Source: a virus
Taxonomy: Duplodnaviria; Caudoviricetes
DNA length: 37,820 bases
Strand: one strand, 5' to 3'
IMG/VR virus record: IMGVR_UViG_3300016263_000548
Coordinates: 1-37,820 of that record
A program made the position numbers and the translations under genes. Shown one piece after another: positions 33,928 through 37,820 of the stretch; position 1 is the first letter of the stretch, and each line of letters starts with the position of its first letter. The notes under the pieces were generated by a model. That model did not search any database. It was given only the letters and a program-made list of their open reading frames with translations, and had not been told where the DNA came from.

Positions 33928-34233
33928 ATGGAAAACCTGACAGTCACCATCGACGGAGATCAATTGCTTCACATTCTTCTGACGTCGGCAGCGAATCGAC
34001 TCAGGTCGAGGGGCTACCGGGGAGAGAACGCCGCTGCGTTCGCGAACGCCATCAATGACTTGTTTGAGTCCACAAAGAAGGAAATCCAATCGGAGTGCGT
34101 TAGGACACTGGCAAACGCAAGAGCAAACGGCGCTGACTCACAAGACTTCGTCGCTTTGGCACTCGCGCTTTTCGCCACAGCGGGCGTTGATATCGCTGAC
34201 AGGGCAATTCGTGAAAGAGTTTCATCTAACTGA
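33928..34233 (+). CDS. Hypothetical protein
   Basis: SD AAGGA then ATG. Confidence 0.55.
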   Translation: MENLTVTIDGDQLLHILLTSAANRLRSRGYRGENAAAFANAINDLFESTKKEIQSECVRTLANARANGADSQDFVALALALFATAGVDIADRAIRERVSSN

Positions 34234-34248
34234 AAAGGAGACATGACC

Positions 34249-34644
34249 ATGACCAAGATCACCATCGAGATCGAGGACAGCCTGCAAGAGCGGGTCGACG
34301 CGGCGATCAGCGAAGTTCAAGACTTGCTCAAGTCTTACGTTCGTCGCAACGAGCCCGATGATCTGCCGTGCTTGCACAACGACCTCGACTATTCAGGGGA
34401 CGTCCACGCGATCCTCGACTCGGCCGTGCCAATACACACGGCTGAGATCGATGCGACGTGGTACTTGCACGGACGAGACTTGGAGGAGGCGTACGAGAGC
34501 GTCGGCATCGGGACGAATCCTCGCGAGAACAACGGGATGGCGGCAATCTACTGCTACATCGAGCAGAAGGTGGCCGAGTGGTACGCCGACAAGGCGGAGC
34601 AAGTGTTCGAGGAGGCTCTTCAAGCAAAAGGAGAAGACGAATGA
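34249..34644 (+). CDS. Ocr (T7 gp0.3)-like acidic DNA-mimic protein
   Basis: SD AAGGAG; 30 D/E versus 10 K/R; DVHAILDSAVPIHTAEI resembles Ocr IHMAADNAVPHYYADI. Confidence 0.6.
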   Translation: MTKITIEIEDSLQERVDAAISEVQDLLKSYVRRNEPDDLPCLHNDLDYSGDVHAILDSAVPIHTAEIDATWYLHGRDLEEAYESVGIGTNPRENNGMAAIYCYIEQKVAEWYADKAEQVFEEALQAKGEDE

Positions 34645-34994
34645 AGAACTCGATTCGCGTGATTCACCCGTACTGGGACAACGGTTCGCTCGTGTTCGAC
34701 GACCCCGCCGTGGGGCTCGTCAAGGAGCCGTTCGTCGCCGGTGCTGATTCTGTGCTGGGCACTCTGGCGTCGCAGATTCCAGGCTGCTCAGAGAAGTTCA
34801 CGCTGGTGTTCTCGGACGAGAAGTTCCCAGGCCATCAGACGTCGTTCCGGCTCGTCGGGCCGGAGTACGGCGGCAACTGGTATGCATGCGACGACTTGGG
34901 CGGAGTTCACGGATGGCTCTGCCCGGCGCTCTTCAAGTACTTCGCGAAGGCGCCGGAATATCTCTACATCCAGATCAAGGAGCAGGCCGCATGA
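34641..34994 (+). CDS. DUF6717-like conserved protein
   Basis: NSI.VI.PY...VFDD..VGLVKEPFVAGAD...FS...FPG...GNWY...GWLCPALFKYF..AP. Confidence 0.7.
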   Translation: MKNSIRVIHPYWDNGSLVFDDPAVGLVKEPFVAGADSVLGTLASQIPGCSEKFTLVFSDEKFPGHQTSFRLVGPEYGGNWYACDDLGGVHGWLCPALFKYFAKAPEYLYIQIKEQAA

Positions 34995-35407
34995 ATATCG
35001 TCGTCTCCGAAACGTATCGCGTCAGCGAGCGAGTGGAACTGGCTCGCGGCGATACGTTTCGGGCGTCGGGGGGGCCGTACTGGAAAGGCCCCAACGGTGA
35101 GAAAGTCGCAATGAAGGCGAAAGGTCCGTACACGTTTCACTCGCATGTTAAGCGAGGCTCGTGTGAATGGATCAATGCCCTTGATCGCGACGGTCAGTAC
35201 GCAGTTCTCCATATCGCCGGGCGACGGAAGAGCCCGGCGGGGTTGGTTCCGAGGCCCCACAAGATTCTCGGAAAGAAACGGAAGAAGAAAGGACGCTCAG
35301 AATGCTCAACCAGAACACTCAGATCATCGTCGACGAGTTCCGCAAGCAAGAAGAGTTCACCAAGCAAGCGGAGAAGTTCCTCGAACGGGCCAAAGAAGAA
35401 GGCATGA
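34991..35407 (+). CDS. Hypothetical basic protein
   Basis: SD AAGGAG, ATGA coupling; 3' end overlaps the next gene. Confidence 0.5.
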   Translation: MNIVVSETYRVSERVELARGDTFRASGGPYWKGPNGEKVAMKAKGPYTFHSHVKRGSCEWINALDRDGQYAVLHIAGRRKSPAGLVPRPHKILGKKRKKKGRSECSTRTLRSSSTSSASKKSSPSKRRSSSNGPKKKA

Positions 35408-35583
35408 CAGCGAAGGACCGCGAGGAGTTCCTCGCCAAGTCCATCGAGGCGTCGTGCTTGCTCTCGATGATGAAGGTCCGGGCCCCGAACTTCGCTCACG
35501 AAATCATCGTGAAGGCTTTCGACGGCATCGACTGGCGGGCCGCTGCTCGGCATCTGTACCTCGTAGAGCCGGAGGCGAACTAG
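35302..35583 (+). CDS. Hypothetical protein
   Basis: SD AAGGA; ends in ...IDWRAAARHL. Confidence 0.55.
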   Translation: MLNQNTQIIVDEFRKQEEFTKQAEKFLERAKEEGMTAKDREEFLAKSIEASCLLSMMKVRAPNFAHEIIVKAFDGIDWRAAARHLYLVEPEAN

Positions 35584-35584
35584 C

Positions 35585-35920
35585 ATGGACAAGAGCAAGT
35601 TCTCCTGGCCGTTCTCGAAGAATCGGCAAATGTGGATCGAGACGGCGGATAGGTGCATCGCGGCCGCTGCCAACGAGATCGAGGGGCTCGGCGAGCCCCT
35701 CACTCCGCAGCACTGCCGTCAGTACCGTCGCGCGGCTCTCAAGTACGAGCGGTCGGCCAAGCACTACCGCAGGGCCGGTCTCGGAGTAATGGCTATAGCC
35801 TCGTGGCAGGACGCAGCCGAGTGCTATGCCGCGATCGGAGCCGACAAGGACTTCATCCGATGCGAGCATGAGGAACTGAGCATCGAAACCTACTGGGAGG
35901 AAGAAGACGATGCCCCCTGA
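35585..35920 (+). CDS. Hypothetical helical protein
   Basis: SD GGAGG; 111 aa. Confidence 0.55.
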   Translation: MDKSKFSWPFSKNRQMWIETADRCIAAAANEIEGLGEPLTPQHCRQYRRAALKYERSAKHYRRAGLGVMAIASWQDAAECYAAIGADKDFIRCEHEELSIETYWEEEDDAP

Positions 35921-37271
35921 AGCATGGCCGCATCAGGTCGACGAGGCTGACTGGATCGCAAGACGGAGCGCGGCGTTTCTCAACGGCGATATGGGCACCG
36001 GAAAGACCGGCGCGTGCTTGATGGCACTGCGGGCGTGCCAGCGGGTGCTGGTGTGCTGTCCGATCGCCGTCGGTCCCGCCTGGATCAAGCAAGTCGGCCT
36101 GTGGGACTCGAATCGCGAGACGTGCCTCGTGGTCAGCGGGTCGTCGAAGTCGCGGGCTGCGGCCGTCGAGAAGACGGCGAGCCGCGACAATCGGTTCGTC
36201 GTGATTGCCAACTACGACGGAGTCTGGCGTGGCGAACTCGGCAAGCAGATCGAGAAAGTCCAGTGGGACGCCATCGTTCTCGACGAATCCCACCTCGTGA
36301 AGAGCCCGTCTGGCAAGCGTTCCCGGTGGCTGGCGAAACTTGCGGCCAAGCACAAGTCTGCCAAGCGAATCTGCATGTCTGGCACGCCGTGCCCCAACTC
36401 GCCCCTGGACTGGTGGGCACAGTTTCGGTTTTTGGACCCCGACGTTCTCGGCGGATCGTACACGGCGTTTCGTGCAAGAATCGCGAACACGCACCCGAGG
36501 CATCCGGCCTGGGTGATCGACTTCAAGCCCGAGGCGATCCAGGCTCTGAGCAAGAGACTTGACCCTCATGTCTACAGAGTCACGTCTGATCAAGTCTTGA
36601 CCCTGCCAGACTCGATCCACACGGACGTCGCCGTCACGCTGCCCCCAGATGCGAGAAAGTACTACGAGTCGATCGAGGACGACATGGTCGCCACGCTGGA
36701 AACGGGCGAGACGGTCACGGCGGCAAACAAACTGGTCGTCGTCGGGAAACTCCAGCAGGCGACGTCGGGTTTCGCGGTGACAAGCGATGGGCAACTCTCG
36801 CCTGTCTCGGCGAAGAACCCCAAGCGAGACGCACTGCGAGAGTGGCTGGAGTGCCTGCCCGCGAACGAGCCCGTCGTGATCTTCTGCAAGTTTATCTCGG
36901 ACCTCGATACGTGCCGCGATGTTCTCCGCGAACTTGGCCGAACATCGTCGGAACTTTCGGGTCGAGAAAAATCGCTTGACCAATGGCAGCGTGGCGATAC
37001 AACTGCACTGGTCGTGCAGCAGCAGGCTGGCGGCGTCGGCGTCGACATGACGAGGGCGTGCTATTGCCTGTACTACTCGCTCTCGCACTCGCTCGGAGAC
37101 TTCGAGCAGTCGCTGGCGAGGATTCGACGGCCAGGACAAACGAGGCCATGCCGGTTCTATCATCTCGTCGCCGAAGGTACGGTTGACGAGGCGATCTACC
37201 GGGCATTGCAGGAGAAGAAAGACGTCGCCGAGGCGGTTTACTCTCGGCTCACAAGGAGGGTGCTTGCATGA
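35910..37271 (+). CDS. SNF2-type superfamily 2 helicase
   Basis: DMGTGKT (I), VLDESH (II), MSGTP (III), AGGVGVDM (V), QSLARIRRPGQ (VI). Confidence 0.9.
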   Translation: MPPEAWPHQVDEADWIARRSAAFLNGDMGTGKTGACLMALRACQRVLVCCPIAVGPAWIKQVGLWDSNRETCLVVSGSSKSRAAAVEKTASRDNRFVVIANYDGVWRGELGKQIEKVQWDAIVLDESHLVKSPSGKRSRWLAKLAAKHKSAKRICMSGTPCPNSPLDWWAQFRFLDPDVLGGSYTAFRARIANTHPRHPAWVIDFKPEAIQALSKRLDPHVYRVTSDQVLTLPDSIHTDVAVTLPPDARKYYESIEDDMVATLETGETVTAANKLVVVGKLQQATSGFAVTSDGQLSPVSAKNPKRDALREWLECLPANEPVVIFCKFISDLDTCRDVLRELGRTSSELSGREKSLDQWQRGDTTALVVQQQAGGVGVDMTRACYCLYYSLSHSLGDFEQSLARIRRPGQTRPCRFYHLVAEGTVDEAIYRALQEKKDVAEAVYSRLTRRVLA

Positions 37272-37820
37272 TCGTTAGTACGGACACGCTATCTATCGAC
37301 ACGAAAAACGGCCCGTTCATCGACATGGACATGCCGAACGAGGTCTATCACGGCGAGAAGGCCCACATCAGTCGGTCGACGGCTCACCGATACGCCGACG
37401 AGAACGAAGGCGGTCGAGCCCAGCAATACGCCGAGAGGGGCGGAACTCTCTTCGGCGGAAATGCGGCCACGGGATTCGGCACTCTCGTCGACGTCGCGTG
37501 CGGTGCGGAGATTCGCGGCGTGGACTGGCGGACTCAGATTGCCGTGCCGCCGGAAGGAGTCCTGGCGTCAGACGGCTCCCGTCGCGGAAAAGCCTACCAA
37601 GAGTGGAAAGCCACCCTGCCCTACGGGTTCTGTGAGTGCAATGCCGCTGACTTCGCGAAGGTCAGGGACATCATCGCCTCGATCCGAGAGCATGACGCGG
37701 CTCGGTCTCTCGTCGAGGCGGCGGCTCACTCACAGTACAGCGTGTTCTGGACCGACGAAGACGGTCACGCACGCAAGGCCCGCGCTGACGGAGTCACGAA
37801 GCGGGAGTGGTTCGACCTCA
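37268..37820 (+). CDS. RecE/exonuclease VIII-like PD-(D/E)xK nuclease (DUF3799-like), 3' truncated
   Basis: ATGA coupling, SD GGAGG; MPNEVYH...ISRS...FGTLV...SVFWTD..G..RKARAD...WFDL runs off the window end. Confidence 0.75.
   Translation, partial: MIVSTDTLSIDTKNGPFIDMDMPNEVYHGEKAHISRSTAHRYADENEGGRAQQYAERGGTLFGGNAATGFGTLVDVACGAEIRGVDWRTQIAVPPEGVLASDGSRRGKAYQEWKATLPYGFCECNAADFAKVRDIIASIREHDAARSLVEAAAHSQYSVFWTDEDGHARKARADGVTKREWFDL

Overview
This ~38 kb window is part of a GC-rich temperate tailed phage (siphovirus-type non-contractile tail); a Planctomycetota host is a tentative inference. Nearly all genes are on the + strand. 1-15.7 kb is the tail module: head-tail adaptor, HK97-gp10-like protein, tail terminator, two paralogous tail-tube proteins, a chaperone with a -1 frameshift, a 1776-aa tape measure, and a 2.1-kaa RCC1/GSGY-repeat tail-tip protein. 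15.7-19.4 kb holds nucleotide-pool genes, a prepilin-like mini-gene, a minus-strand tyrosine integrase and a double-HTH regulator. 19.4-35.9 kb is an accessory/early region of small genes driven by repeated sigma70-like promoters. 35.9 kb to the end has a SNF2-type helicase and a truncated RecE-like nuclease. The strongest candidate for a new system is at 21.1-26.8 kb: a promoter drives two tandem ~70-nt Y-RNA-like hairpins (one with a tRNA-anticodon-like loop) and a Ro60/TROVE gene, followed by a separately promoted MoxR/CbbQ-type AAA+ ATPase with three tandem paralogous vWA-like partners. Other notable signals are an Ocr-like acidic DNA mimic, apparent absence of AGCT, a recurring asymmetric 12-bp operator-like motif, a duplicated terminator-promoter cassette, and a split seven-repeat RCC1 propeller. 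All family assignments come from recognising motifs by eye, not from database searches.
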